Shown: positions 19,804-29,300 of the stretch, one piece after another
How positions within the stretch are numbered: the stretch's first letter is position 1
Layout of the letters: every line of letters begins with the position of its first letter
From: an uncultured Alphaproteobacteria bacterium
GTDB taxonomy: Bacteria; Pseudomonadota; Alphaproteobacteria; CAAHEQ01; UBA3637
Assembly (NCBI GenBank): GCA_947629595.1
Contig: CANREI010000001.1
Coordinates: forward strand, 1 to 42,873
Direction of reading: 5' to 3'
Length of the DNA: 42,873 bases
Program-made: the position numbers and the translations under genes
The notes under the pieces: model-generated
What the model was told of the DNA's origin: nothing
Seen by the model: the letters and a program-made list of their open reading frames with translations, nothing else
Databases searched by the model: none

Positions 19804-20838
19804 TTATTCAACCGATGTGTCGGCGGCGCCGTCGGCAACCATCATTTGTTGAGAAATATCTTTGGCTTGCCCGCGCACCTGTTTTTCAATTTCGGCCGCT
19901 AATTCCGGATGTTCTTTCAAGTAAATGCGTGCCGATTCGCGCCCTTGGCCGATTCGTTCGCCTTTGCAGGAAAACCACGAGCCCGCTTTTTCAATCAGCC
20001 CCGTTTTAACGCCTAAATCCAGCAATTCGCCCGATTTTGAAATACCTTCGCCGTACAGAATATCGAAATCAACCGTTCGGAACGGCGGCGCGACTTTGTT
20101 TTTCACAATTTTCACGCGCGTTTGATTGCCCACGGTGTTATCTTTATCTTTAATGGCACCGATTCGGCGAATATCCAACCGCACGGACGCATAGAATTTT
20201 AAAGCGTTACCGCCGGTGGTTGTTTCGGGATTGCCGAACATAACACCGATTTTCATACGAATTTGGTTAATGAAAATCACCAGTGTGTTGGCGCGTGCAA
20301 CGGAGGCGGTAATTTTACGCAACGCCTGACTCATCAAGCGCGCTTGTAAACCCATGTGCGAATCGCCCATTTCGCCCTCTAATTCGGCTTTGGGAACCAG
20401 TGCGGCAACCGAATCGACCACCAACACATCAATTGTGCCGGAGCGAACCAACGTATCGGCAATTTCCAACGCCTGTTCACCCGTATCGGGTTGGGAAATT
20501 AAAAGCTCGTTAATGTTCACGCCCAGTTTGCCGGCATAAATCGGATCCATGGCGTGTTCGGCATCAATATAAGCGCAGGTGCCGCCTTGTTTTTGCGCTT
20601 CGGCAACCACATGCAGGGCCAATGTTGTTTTACCCGAGCTTTCGGGTCCGTAAATTTCAACAATTCGGCCGCGCGGTAAACCGCCGACGCCCAAAGCTAA
20701 ATCAAGCCCCAACGATCCGGTTGAAATGGCCGGTGTTTCCACCGCATTATCTTTTTGACCCAAACGCATAATCGAACCTTTGCCGAACGTGCGTTCAATT
20801 TGGCTTAATGCCGCTTCCAATGCTTTATCTTTTTCCAT
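19804..20838 (-). CDS. recA: Recombinase RecA
   Basis: [24 protein letters not shown]..., Walker [18 protein letters not shown] lies 6 nt before the ATG at 20838; the longer track ORF starts at a non-ATG codon. Confidence 0.97.
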   Translation of the reverse strand: MEKDKALEAALSQIERTFGKGSIMRLGQKDNAVETPAISTGSLGLDLALGVGGLPRGRIVEIYGPESSGKTTLALHVVAEAQKQGGTCAYIDAEHAMDPIYAGKLGVNINELLISQPDTGEQALEIADTLVRSGTIDVLVVDSVAALVPKAELEGEMGDSHMGLQARLMSQALRKITASVARANTLVIFINQIRMKIGVMFGNPETTTGGNALKFYASVRLDIRRIGAIKDKDNTVGNQTRVKIVKNKVAPPFRTVDFDILYGEGISKSGELLDLGVKTGLIEKAGSWFSCKGERIGQGRESARIYLKEHPELAAEIEKQVRGQAKDISQQMMVADGAADTSVE

Positions 20839-20842
20839 TTTT

Positions 20843-20857
20843 GTTCCTCTTTCGTTC
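20843..20857. promoter_or_regulatory. Possible alphaproteobacterial-type LexA (SOS) box
   Basis: GTTC-N7-GTTC (GTTCctctttcGTTC) lies directly upstream of the recA start and overlaps the RBS. More GTTC half-sites follow at 20866 and 20872. Confidence 0.3.
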
Positions 20858-20959
20858 ATGTTTATGTTCTTGTTCAGTGTAAAAGATTTTGATTCAAAAT
20901 ACAACCTTTTTTTTAATAATAATGCATTTTTTTGTTTGTTTCAATAAATTCTTTTTGTT

Positions 20960-21532
20960 TTATTCCTTGTTTTTATTGTTATTTTCGTTGGTTTTATTCA
21001 AATTGTTCGGACGACACCCGCAATAAGTTTGCCGATAGAGTTGTTTTTCTTTTGCCAATCGTTCGGAAAGCTCCAATCCGCCCTGTTTGCGCCAGTTTGT
21101 CATATCGTATGGCAGGTGATACGTTTCGCTCACTTCTTGAGCGGCGGCGCAGACTTGATTAAAATCTTTAAATCGGGAAATGCCGAAAACCGACGTAAAA
21201 GAATCGAATCCGTGCGCGCGCGCGTATTCGGCGGCTTTGGTAAGGCGCAGTTTAAAACAAACGGAGCAACGTTTCCCGCGTTCGGGTTCGTTTTCCAATC
21301 CTTGAACGGCTTCACGCCAAAAAGCGGGATCATAAGGCAATTCAATAAAGGGAATATCGGCCTCTCGGCAGACGCGTTTATTTTCATCACGGCGCCGCAC
21401 ATATTCTTCCGCGGGTTGAATGTTGGGGTTATAAAACAACACGCTGAAACGAACGCCTTGTTCTTTTAAGCGTTGAATAACGCCCACACTGCACGGCCCG
21501 CAACAAGATACAAGCAATAAATTTTGACTCAT
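20960..21532 (-). CDS. queH: Epoxyqueuosine reductase QueH (DUF208)
   Basis: SCCGPCS near the N-terminus, RCSVCFKLRL, and C-terminal LYRQTYCGC. Confidence 0.85.
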   Translation of the reverse strand: MSQNLLLVSCCGPCSVGVIQRLKEQGVRFSVLFYNPNIQPAEEYVRRRDENKRVCREADIPFIELPYDPAFWREAVQGLENEPERGKRCSVCFKLRLTKAAEYARAHGFDSFTSVFGISRFKDFNQVCAAAQEVSETYHLPYDMTNWRKQGGLELSERLAKEKQLYRQTYCGCRPNNLNKTNENNNKNKE

Positions 21533-21787
21533 TTTTATCTCCTCTTCATATTATAGAAGAAGAAAATGATTTTAGCAAATTTTTTTCAATCCGAATGATT
21601 TTTAAAGAGCTTATTTAAAATTTTATTTTTATTTTTGCCCCGAAAAATATTTTTTGAATAGTATTTTATGCATTTTTTCAAAAAAAATAGTTGTAATCAT
21701 ATTTTTTTATGATAAAATCGGAATCAGCCGTGGGGTAAAGTAATTTTATTTCGCGAAAAGTTTAGTTCTTTTATAAAGGAGAAAAAT

Positions 21788-24700
21788 ATGAATAACAAAT
21801 TAGCTGTTGCTGCTTTAATTTTTCCGTTAATGATGACAAGTACCGTTGCTTATTCGGCTGATACCATAAACACGTTTGATGATTTAAAAAAGGCGATTGA
21901 AGAAGAGAAAAAAAATGATATTCTGCTCGGCGCTGATATTTCGTTTTCGGAAAAGAAACAATTTACCGCTGCTGCTTTTGATTTAAAGAATGGTGACAAA
22001 ACAGAAGCTCATCTCACGATTGACGGCGATGGTCATACTCTTCGGGGTACTACATTCACTGCCACCAAAGGCAATTCAGATGCCTTTTTATTAGAAAGTG
22101 GTTCATTAACATTAAAAAACGTAACGGTTAAAGATTTTATTGGCAGTAGTTCAGCGCCATGGACCGGTGCTATCACGCTGCGTGGCGGAACATTAACTTT
22201 AACGGCGGAACAAGAAAAAAATGTTGTTTTTGAAAATAATAATGTGGAACGTCGCGGCGGGGGCGGAGATATTTACTTGGGAAACGATGCTAAACTAATC
22301 GTAAATGGCGACGGTGGTCAGGTTGCATTAAAAACGGGTGTATTCGGAAGCGGTACGATAACGCATCAAGGAAATTCATTGCTTGTTTTGGGTGGCACTA
22401 ATGGCGCTTTTACGGGCAGTTTTACCAATGAAGACGGCGATGTTGAAGTAACCGGAAACAGCACTTTGTTCGGCAGAGGTAATGAGTTTAAAAAAGGCAC
22501 GTTAAAATGGAATTCGAAGAGCGGTTTATCTTCGGGTTCTACTTTATCTCTTTCAAAAGGAACGGGGTTAATTGTGGGTGAAGATGAAAAGGTCAATGCC
22601 CGGTTAACGCTTAAAAAAGGGCAAACAAAATTGGAAAATGGTGTTTCTTTAACAACAAAGAACAACGGTGAATTGATTTTATCGGGTTGGACAGATCAAT
22701 TTAAAGAAAAAGTCAGCGGTAACGGCAAGTTGACTTTACAAAATACAAACCTTACCATTACCAATAATGAAATTGAAGAACATGATTTATTGCAAGTAAA
22801 GCTTGACGGGCAAAGTGCCGTTACGGGTGAAGATTTATCATTTGCTTCTTTAAGTAACGGTGGCACAGTAACGGCAACCGATGAATTAGATGTTCAAAAT
22901 CATGCCGATAACAGCGGTACCGTTTCGGGTAAAACTTTGAAAGTCGGTTCGCTGAATAATACGGGAAAGGTAACGGTTTCCGATGCCTTAACGGTGAGTG
23001 GCACAGGGCTTAGCGAATCCGAAAAAAGCGCTTTAATTAACGGTGTTCAAGCTGTTGCTACCGAAGCAGACGACGCCGAAGCGACAAAAGCTCAAATAAC
23101 TGCCGATACATTAACGGTAACGGGCGATGTTTCCAATAACGGCACAATTACGGTGACAAATGATGCAACGGTGCATGGAAATCTTGCCAATGAAAGCGGT
23201 ACATTCTCGGCAAAAGGCTTGACTGTTGACGGGAATATTACCAATAACGGCACCGTGACGGCGCAAGGGGCTCTTTCCGGTCAAAAATTAACGAATACGG
23301 GAACGGTTACCGCCGCTTCCGTTACGGTTTCCGATGCCGTTGAAAACAGCGGTACAATCACGGCAAGCGGTGAATTGAAGGCCGGGAGCGTGAAAAATGA
23401 AACACAAGGAAATATCACGTTTGCAGGCGGTACAATCGGCGGAACCGTTGAAAACGACGGCACAATCGAAAATTCGGGCAATTTAACAATTGCGGGTGCT
23501 GTTTCGGGAAAAGGCACGTTGAAGAATACGGGAACATTAACATTGAATGCCGACAGTCGTTCATTTACCGGAACATTTACGCAAACGGGCGAATCCAGCG
23601 CAACAACGGTTACAGGTGTGTTGGGCGGTACGAAAGATATTCAAAGCGGCTCGTTAACAATGTCTTCTTCCACACTTTATGACGGTCAAGTGAAATTGGG
23701 AAGCAATGCTCAACTTGATTTTACTTTACAAGCCATGGAAGATAAGGAACATCACAATGTTATCGGTAAAGACTCGTTAGCATTTACGGGAAGCGATGCG
23801 ACAGCCGCCTTTAAAGGTGTTGATAAATCGCACTTAACGTTGGCTGATGATGTGGAAAACTCAAAAGACAACAATATTTCTTTTGATAACACAACGCTGG
23901 GATTAAGCGGTACAACACATAATTATGATTATAAGTCGTTTGAATTAAAAAATTCCACGTTAAGCTTGGGTGACGAAAGCGGTGATGTGGAAGATTATAG
24001 TTTCAATAATTTCAAAACTTCCGGTTCGTCGGTTGATTTGAATTTGAAATTATCGGCAGAGGACAAATTAAGTTCCGATACGTTAACCTTTAAAGGTACC
24101 GGTGAAGGGACGTTAAACGTGGGTAAAGTTTATTTATCCGATGAATCGACAAGTAACGACGGCTCCTATACCGCAGATGTTGTTAAAAATGAAGGTGAGA
24201 ACAGCCATGTTCAATTGGGAATTGAGGGCGATGATGCCGATATACATGTTGCGTCAAGCAAATATACGTATGATTTGGAAGTGCAAGACGGAAAGAACGT
24301 TTCATTGACAAAAACAGGAGACACAACGAATGACACGTTGGCAGACTTAAACCACGATCAACCAGGAACAAGAGATTTTGAAGTTATTGACTCTTATACA
24401 ACGGATAAGGATCTTGGAAAGACTCAGAAAGGCACAATACTTGTTTACGGTGAAAGCAAAACAGGGGCAGAGGTGTTAGACGGCGGCGGACATTCTCTCT
24501 TTGATATTGAAAAAAATACAGAAGTTCAAGTCGGCCTTTCCGATTTAACCGTTCAAAATGCCGCAACAACCAATCCCAAAGGCGGATCGGTTGTGCATAA
24601 CGAAAGCGATTCCGCAAAAGTTGAACTGAAAAATGTGACGGTTAAAAATAATAAAGGTGCCGTTTATAATAAAGGCGGTCACTATGAGAGCGGTGACTAT

Positions 24701-27700
24701 GAAGATGCACAATTGCTTTCTATTTTAGATGCAACATTTTCAGGAAATGCTGCCGGTGTTGAAACTGTCGGTTCTGATACGCTCGGCAAACTCGGGGCTG
24801 CCGTTTATAATGACAATGATGTCGTTACCGGCGGTCGCGGTGTGATTTATATGGAAGATGTGAGCTTTGAAAAAGGAACAGAGGAAGCTCAAAACGATAT
24901 TTACAACGCCGGTGATATTTATGTTAACAGCGAAGATGTTAAAAATAGGTTCGGAAGTAAAATTACAAATGCCCAAACAGGGTCAATGGAATTTTACGGT
25001 CAAAATGAGGTTTCAGATATTGAAAATGATCATGGTCGGTTGAAATTTGCCGGAACAGATGTCCATATTGAAAATTTGAACACCAATGGCGGTACCGTTT
25101 TGCTTGAAAGTCAAAATGCAACGCTCGATTCGGTTTCAAATACCGGCGGTAACATTGTAGCTGATAAGGAAACAAACACCACTATTGATAATTTGGACTT
25201 ATTGACCGAAACCGAAACGACAGACAATGCAAAAGGAAAACTGACCGTTGAGGATGGTCAAGTGACTTTGAATACCGTGAGCGGTGATGCAGATACGACA
25301 ATTGAAAACAGTCAAGGTAATCTTTTCTTAAACGGCAGTGCTTTCGGATTTGCCGGCACGTTTACACAAGAATCCGGCACAACAACCGTTGCGGAAGGAG
25401 CCGGTTTCTTCGGTGGTATTTCTACCGTTTCGGGCGGCACGCTTTATTGGAAAACAATAAATGATTTGGGCAATGAAGCCTTGCTTACGGTTGAAGGTGA
25501 TTCGCAATTGGTTATCGGCAACTTTGAAAATGTCCAAAGTAGCGAAAGTCAAGCACGCAGCGCCGAACCGAATGTGACTTTAACGTTGCAAAACGGAAGC
25601 TCGGTTAATGCAAAAGTGGCTCTTGCCGACGGGGCTTCATTAAATGTGAATGAAGCCGGTTCCGCAACATTGAACGACGGTTCCTATTGGAGCGGTACGA
25701 TTACCGTGAACGGCGGTGATTTAACCGTGAACGCACAATCACCGATTCAAACCGCAACAGGCTCGTTGAAAGCTTCAAAAGGGGCCGTTACCTTAAACGA
25801 CGGTTCTTCCTTAAATGTGAATGCCGATAGTTTTATTGACGGAGCGGTTACATTTACGGGTGCAGAGAATACAAACTTGTTTGTTTCCGGCGGATCGGTC
25901 ACATTGAATGAGGGTGATACCGTTGAAGGGCACACGGCCTTATTTGACGGCGGTACGCTGACTTATGAAGGTACAAAAGTTGGTGACAATGCTTCCTTAA
26001 CGGCAACCGATGGTAATTTGAATATCGTTAAAGGATCTTCCTTAACGGTTGATGCCGAAAAGAATACCGTTGCCGATGCGGTTCATGTGACCATTGATAA
26101 AGAGTCAAGCGTGGCTGTTAAAAACGGCGGTTCGCTCAGCATTGACGACGCGGATTCTTGGGGCGGACAAATTACCCTTGATGACGGATCGTTAACTTAC
26201 GGTGCCAAAGACAACGGTATTTTAACGGCTAACACCGGTTCTTTGAATTTAATAAGCGGTAGTGAATTAACTTTAAACAGTGAAAGTGAAATTAAAGATG
26301 CCGTTTCCATAGATATTCAAAACGGTGCAACCGTTAAAGTTGACGGCGGTGCGTTAACGCTGAACAGCCATACCGAAGATAAATGGCACGGTTTGATTGA
26401 AAATAACGGCGGTACTCTTACCACTTTGGGTGTTGATACCACAACGGAAGGTTTTGCCGGACAGTTTAAGCAATCATCAGGCACGGCCCTTTTTGATGCC
26501 GCTTCGAATATTGTGATTGCCAATCCGAATACGGCCATTACCGGCGGTAATGTTTCCGTGTTGAGCGGATCGCATTTGTCGTTTGTTGACGGTGAAAATA
26601 TTCAATTGAATAACTTAACCGTGAGCGGAAACTCATCGTTCGGCATTAAGAACGAAAAGGGACAAACCGTTACGCTTGATTCCTTAACGATTGACGGCGA
26701 GAACAATTTTGATATGGATTTGCAAGGCGCTGCGGGAGACGGTGATTTGTTTGTCATTAAAGATTTGAAGGGCAGCGGTACAATTAACGTGTCCGACTTT
26801 GCGTTTGCGGGCAGTGTGCCGACAACACGGCAAGTGGATATGCAGCTGTTTCAGGTTGAAAACGGCGGGGAAGGTGTTTCCTTCAATTCAACAAGCGGTG
26901 CCGTTTCCACGCCGTTGGGTGATTACATTTTGCAATCCCTGGGGAACGGTTCTTATCGGGCAACGCTTGATAAGCTGAATCCCGATGTTTACAGAGGACA
27001 GGCTTCAACGTTGGCTATGTATAATAACCAGCTGGAAATCGATGATATGATTTTAAATCATGCCATTGTGGAAAACGGTTTCGGGCAACAAGCTGCCGCG
27101 CAATCAAAAGCCGACAGAACGCGTTTGAATGAGGACGGCGGTTTGTGGAGCAAAGCCTACTACCACGACGGCAATATGGATTTAAGCCGGAACTTGGATA
27201 TGGATACCACCGCTTACGGCTTGTTTATCGGTGCCGATTTGCCGATGACGGATTTAGGCTGCGGTTGGAATTTTGTTCCCACGGTCTTTGCGGGCTATAA
27301 CGGTTCCAAACAAGAATACAATGATATTGATATGAAACAAAACGGCGGCCAAGGCGGTGTGATGGGAACGTTTGCGAAAAATGATTTCGTTACGTCCGTT
27401 ATGGCTTATGCCGGCGGTTATTCCAACAAAATGAAAGGCCACGGCTATGAAGACAGCACGCATAACTGGTTTGTCGGTACGGCAGCCAAAGCGGCTTATA
27501 ACTGGCATGTTGCCGATCAGGTTGTTGTGCAACCGACAGCGTTTGTTTCTTACAACACATTCGGTAAGCAGGATTGGACAACACAATTCGGCAATATGAA
27601 TATGTCAACCGATACCTTAAACGGTTTCAGCGTGGCGCCGGGAATTAACGTTATTTACGCACCGAAAACATGGAGTACCTATGCTTCGTTGCAATATGTT

Positions 27701-27916
27701 TATAATGTGAATAATAAAGTCGGCGGCCGGGCCGGAACAGATGTTGATTTACCGAAATTGAAAACGGATAACGGATTTGTTCAATACGGTATCGGCGCAA
27801 CAAAAATGTTGGGTGATCAATGGAATACCGATTTCCGCGTTACGGCCGAAAGCGGCGGCAGAACGGGTGTCGGTTTCCGCTTGGGTATCGAATATTTGTT
27901 CGGTGTAACAAAGTAA
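21788..27916 (+). CDS. Large type Va autotransporter adhesin-like protein (2042 aa)
   Basis: Signal peptide (MNNKLAVAALIFPLMMTSTVAYSA). Long passenger of G-T-[LIV]-T beta-strand repeats (NNGTITVTND, NTGTVTAAS and similar). C-terminal beta-barrel of roughly 280 aa (GLWSKAYYHDG...GFRLGIEYLF). Confidence 0.9.
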   Translation: MNNKLAVAALIFPLMMTSTVAYSADTINTFDDLKKAIEEEKKNDILLGADISFSEKKQFTAAAFDLKNGDKTEAHLTIDGDGHTLRGTTFTATKGNSDAFLLESGSLTLKNVTVKDFIGSSSAPWTGAITLRGGTLTLTAEQEKNVVFENNNVERRGGGGDIYLGNDAKLIVNGDGGQVALKTGVFGSGTITHQGNSLLVLGGTNGAFTGSFTNEDGDVEVTGNSTLFGRGNEFKKGTLKWNSKSGLSSGSTLSLSKGTGLIVGEDEKVNARLTLKKGQTKLENGVSLTTKNNGELILSGWTDQFKEKVSGNGKLTLQNTNLTITNNEIEEHDLLQVKLDGQSAVTGEDLSFASLSNGGTVTATDELDVQNHADNSGTVSGKTLKVGSLNNTGKVTVSDALTVSGTGLSESEKSALINGVQAVATEADDAEATKAQITADTLTVTGDVSNNGTITVTNDATVHGNLANESGTFSAKGLTVDGNITNNGTVTAQGALSGQKLTNTGTVTAASVTVSDAVENSGTITASGELKAGSVKNETQGNITFAGGTIGGTVENDGTIENSGNLTIAGAVSGKGTLKNTGTLTLNADSRSFTGTFTQTGESSATTVTGVLGGTKDIQSGSLTMSSSTLYDGQVKLGSNAQLDFTLQAMEDKEHHNVIGKDSLAFTGSDATAAFKGVDKSHLTLADDVENSKDNNISFDNTTLGLSGTTHNYDYKSFELKNSTLSLGDESGDVEDYSFNNFKTSGSSVDLNLKLSAEDKLSSDTLTFKGTGEGTLNVGKVYLSDESTSNDGSYTADVVKNEGENSHVQLGIEGDDADIHVASSKYTYDLEVQDGKNVSLTKTGDTTNDTLADLNHDQPGTRDFEVIDSYTTDKDLGKTQKGTILVYGESKTGAEVLDGGGHSLFDIEKNTEVQVGLSDLTVQNAATTNPKGGSVVHNESDSAKVELKNVTVKNNKGAVYNKGGHYESGDYEDAQLLSILDATFSGNAAGVETVGSDTLGKLGAAVYNDNDVVTGGRGVIYMEDVSFEKGTEEAQNDIYNAGDIYVNSEDVKNRFGSKITNAQTGSMEFYGQNEVSDIENDHGRLKFAGTDVHIENLNTNGGTVLLESQNATLDSVSNTGGNIVADKETNTTIDNLDLLTETETTDNAKGKLTVEDGQVTLNTVSGDADTTIENSQGNLFLNGSAFGFAGTFTQESGTTTVAEGAGFFGGISTVSGGTLYWKTINDLGNEALLTVEGDSQLVIGNFENVQSSESQARSAEPNVTLTLQNGSSVNAKVALADGASLNVNEAGSATLNDGSYWSGTITVNGGDLTVNAQSPIQTATGSLKASKGAVTLNDGSSLNVNADSFIDGAVTFTGAENTNLFVSGGSVTLNEGDTVEGHTALFDGGTLTYEGTKVGDNASLTATDGNLNIVKGSSLTVDAEKNTVADAVHVTIDKESSVAVKNGGSLSIDDADSWGGQITLDDGSLTYGAKDNGILTANTGSLNLISGSELTLNSESEIKDAVSIDIQNGATVKVDGGALTLNSHTEDKWHGLIENNGGTLTTLGVDTTTEGFAGQFKQSSGTALFDAASNIVIANPNTAITGGNVSVLSGSHLSFVDGENIQLNNLTVSGNSSFGIKNEKGQTVTLDSLTIDGENNFDMDLQGAAGDGDLFVIKDLKGSGTINVSDFAFAGSVPTTRQVDMQLFQVENGGEGVSFNSTSGAVSTPLGDYILQSLGNGSYRATLDKLNPDVYRGQASTLAMYNNQLEIDDMILNHAIVENGFGQQAAAQSKADRTRLNEDGGLWSKAYYHDGNMDLSRNLDMDTTAYGLFIGADLPMTDLGCGWNFVPTVFAGYNGSKQEYNDIDMKQNGGQGGVMGTFAKNDFVTSVMAYAGGYSNKMKGHGYEDSTHNWFVGTAAKAAYNWHVADQVVVQPTAFVSYNTFGKQDWTTQFGNMNMSTDTLNGFSVAPGINVIYAPKTWSTYASLQYVYNVNNKVGGRAGTDVDLPKLKTDNGFVQYGIGATKMLGDQWNTDFRVTAESGGRTGVGFRLGIEYLFGVTK

Positions 27917-27946
27917 CCGGACAACATCTTGTTTTAAAACAGAAAA

Positions 27947-27972
27947 ACACCCTCTCGTGAGGGTGTTTTTTT
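27947..27972 (+). terminator. Rho-independent terminator after the autotransporter gene
   Basis: Stem ACACCCTC / GAGGGTGT with loop TCGT, followed by T6. Confidence 0.85.
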
Positions 27973-27992
27973 ATGGGCTGACTGTTGAAATT

Positions 27993-28004
27993 TAGCGTTC
28001 GCTA
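27993..28004. repeat. 12-bp palindrome TAGCG-TT-CGCTA (site A of a pair)
   Basis: Perfect half-site dyad around a central TT. The partner at 28136-28147 is identical except that the central dinucleotide is AA. Confidence 0.8.
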
Positions 28005-28135
28005 TTTTTCCATATTATACTATGTCTTTTTGGAAATGCAATCTTTTTTAAGACTTCCGTTTAAAAAAATAGTTTTTTGAACAGATTATTTCATCTTCCG
28101 AAAAACGGTTTTTTATACATTTTTTTGTTGGTATT

Positions 28136-28147
28136 TAGCGAACGCTA
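28136..28147. repeat. 12-bp palindrome TAGCG-AA-CGCTA (site B of a pair)
   Basis: See site A. Lies 70 nt upstream of the recombinase ATG. Confidence 0.8.
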
Positions 28148-28217
28148 TCTTTCAATATCATTTCAGAAAACTATATGACTTCTGTTTCATAAACAAGTTA
28201 AACTAGGAGTTCCAAAA

Positions 28218-28811
28218 ATGACAGTTTATGCTTATATTCGTGTTTCAACCGATCGCCAGAATAACGATAATCAGCGGTTTCAAATTATCAATTACTGCAA
28301 AGAAAAAAATTTAAACATTGATTTGTGGATTGAAGAAATCATTTCAACCGGGCAGGCTTTGAAAAAAAGAAAATTATCGCGTCTTTTAAAAAAAGTAAAG
28401 GAAAACGATATTTTAATAACCTGTGAAATATCCCGCTTGGGAAGAAATCTCTTTGAAGTCATGGAAATTTTATCAACGTGTATGAAAAAAGGGTGTCGGG
28501 TTTGGACCATTAAAGATTGTTATACGCTCGGAAATGATATTCAATCAAAAGTGTTGGCTTTTGCCTTTGCTTTGGCGGCAGAAATTGAAAAACAGCTGAT
28601 ATCGCAACGAACAAAACAATCTTTGGCGCGTCGCAAGGCGGAAGGAAAGCCGATCGGGCGCATGAAAGGGGCTAAAAATAAAACGCACAAATTGGACGGC
28701 AAAGAAGAACAAATTGAAGATTTGTTTAAAAAGGGTGTTCCGATTGCGCAAATTGCCCGTATGATGAAATGTCATCGCGACACGATTTCCCACTTTTTAA
28801 AACCCGTTTAA
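28218..28811 (+). CDS. Serine recombinase / DNA invertase, Mpi-family-like
   Basis: AGGAG RBS. N-terminal YAYIRVSTDRQ (catalytic Ser10), [31 protein letters not shown], and C-terminal HTH (GVPIAQIARMMKCHRDTISHFLK). Size is typical of small invertases at 197 aa. Confidence 0.85.
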   Translation: MTVYAYIRVSTDRQNNDNQRFQIINYCKEKNLNIDLWIEEIISTGQALKKRKLSRLLKKVKENDILITCEISRLGRNLFEVMEILSTCMKKGCRVWTIKDCYTLGNDIQSKVLAFAFALAAEIEKQLISQRTKQSLARRKAEGKPIGRMKGAKNKTHKLDGKEEQIEDLFKKGVPIAQIARMMKCHRDTISHFLKPV

Positions 28812-29025
28812 AGAAATACGGTTTGTTTTTTCAGGTTGTGCGGAAAAAAAATGAGGCTTTGCACCTAAAAACAAATAGAAAAGCTATCATTTCGGCACAC
28901 TCTTTTATTTTCGGCGGGAAGTGCTGTCCCGTGAAACGTGGGACAGCGCGGTGTGTCGAAAATAAGGCGATTCGGTGCAAAACAATAAGTTTGCTGTAAA
29001 CTTTTCCCTCTGTCGGCGGGTGTGG

Positions 29026-29062
29026 GGAGGCAAAATTTAAGCCGCTCCGCTATGGGTCGATA
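29026..29062. repeat. Left copy of a ~37-bp inverted repeat flanking the second pilin-like cassette
   Basis: The reverse complement (TATCGACCCATAGCGGAGCGGCTTAAATTTTGCCTCC) aligns by eye with 31282-31318 (TATCGAAATAGAGCGGTGCGGCTTTAATTTATGCCTC) at roughly 85 percent identity with small gaps. Confidence 0.55.
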
Positions 29063-29105
29063 GAGGAAAAAATTGGTGTTTTTTTTAAGAGCAGTTGCAC
29101 AAATT

Positions 29106-29262
29106 AAACGTACGTTTTTTGCAACACTTTTTTTTGATTTTTTCAAAAAAAATTTATTTGGAGGTGTTTTTAATGCAATATCAACGGGTTATAAAAAGCC
29201 TGTTTCACCAATTTTTGAGGGTATTTTTGCCCCCGAAACCGCGTTGCATTAAAGGTACGTTT
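29106..29262. promoter_or_regulatory. Candidate invertible DNA switch 2 (inverton)
   Basis: Arms AAACGTACGTTTTTTGCAAC (29106-29125) and GTTGCATTAAAGGTACGTTT (29243-29262) are 17/20 complementary. The last ~30 internal nt resemble switch 1. It ends 38 nt before the ATG at 29301 and lies 295 nt downstream of the recombinase gene. Confidence 0.6.
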
Positions 29263-29300
29263 AATTGTATACTATTCGTATAGTGAAAGGGAGTCGGAAA

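Noticed and set aside
21788-27916. Numerous 60-110-aa antisense or out-of-frame ORFs inside the autotransporter gene (for example 22366..22665, 27254..27586); the same applies inside ftsH, uvrA, alaS, recA and tuf
   Set aside because: They are nested in long, well-supported genes, lack RBSs and have low-complexity translations typical of shadow ORFs.
28865-29146. 93-aa minus-strand ORF and 76-aa plus-strand ORF (28769..28999) in the recombinase / switch-2 spacer
   Set aside because: They have no RBS and an odd composition. They run across the left arm of switch 2 and the 37-bp repeat, so I treat the spacer as non-coding.
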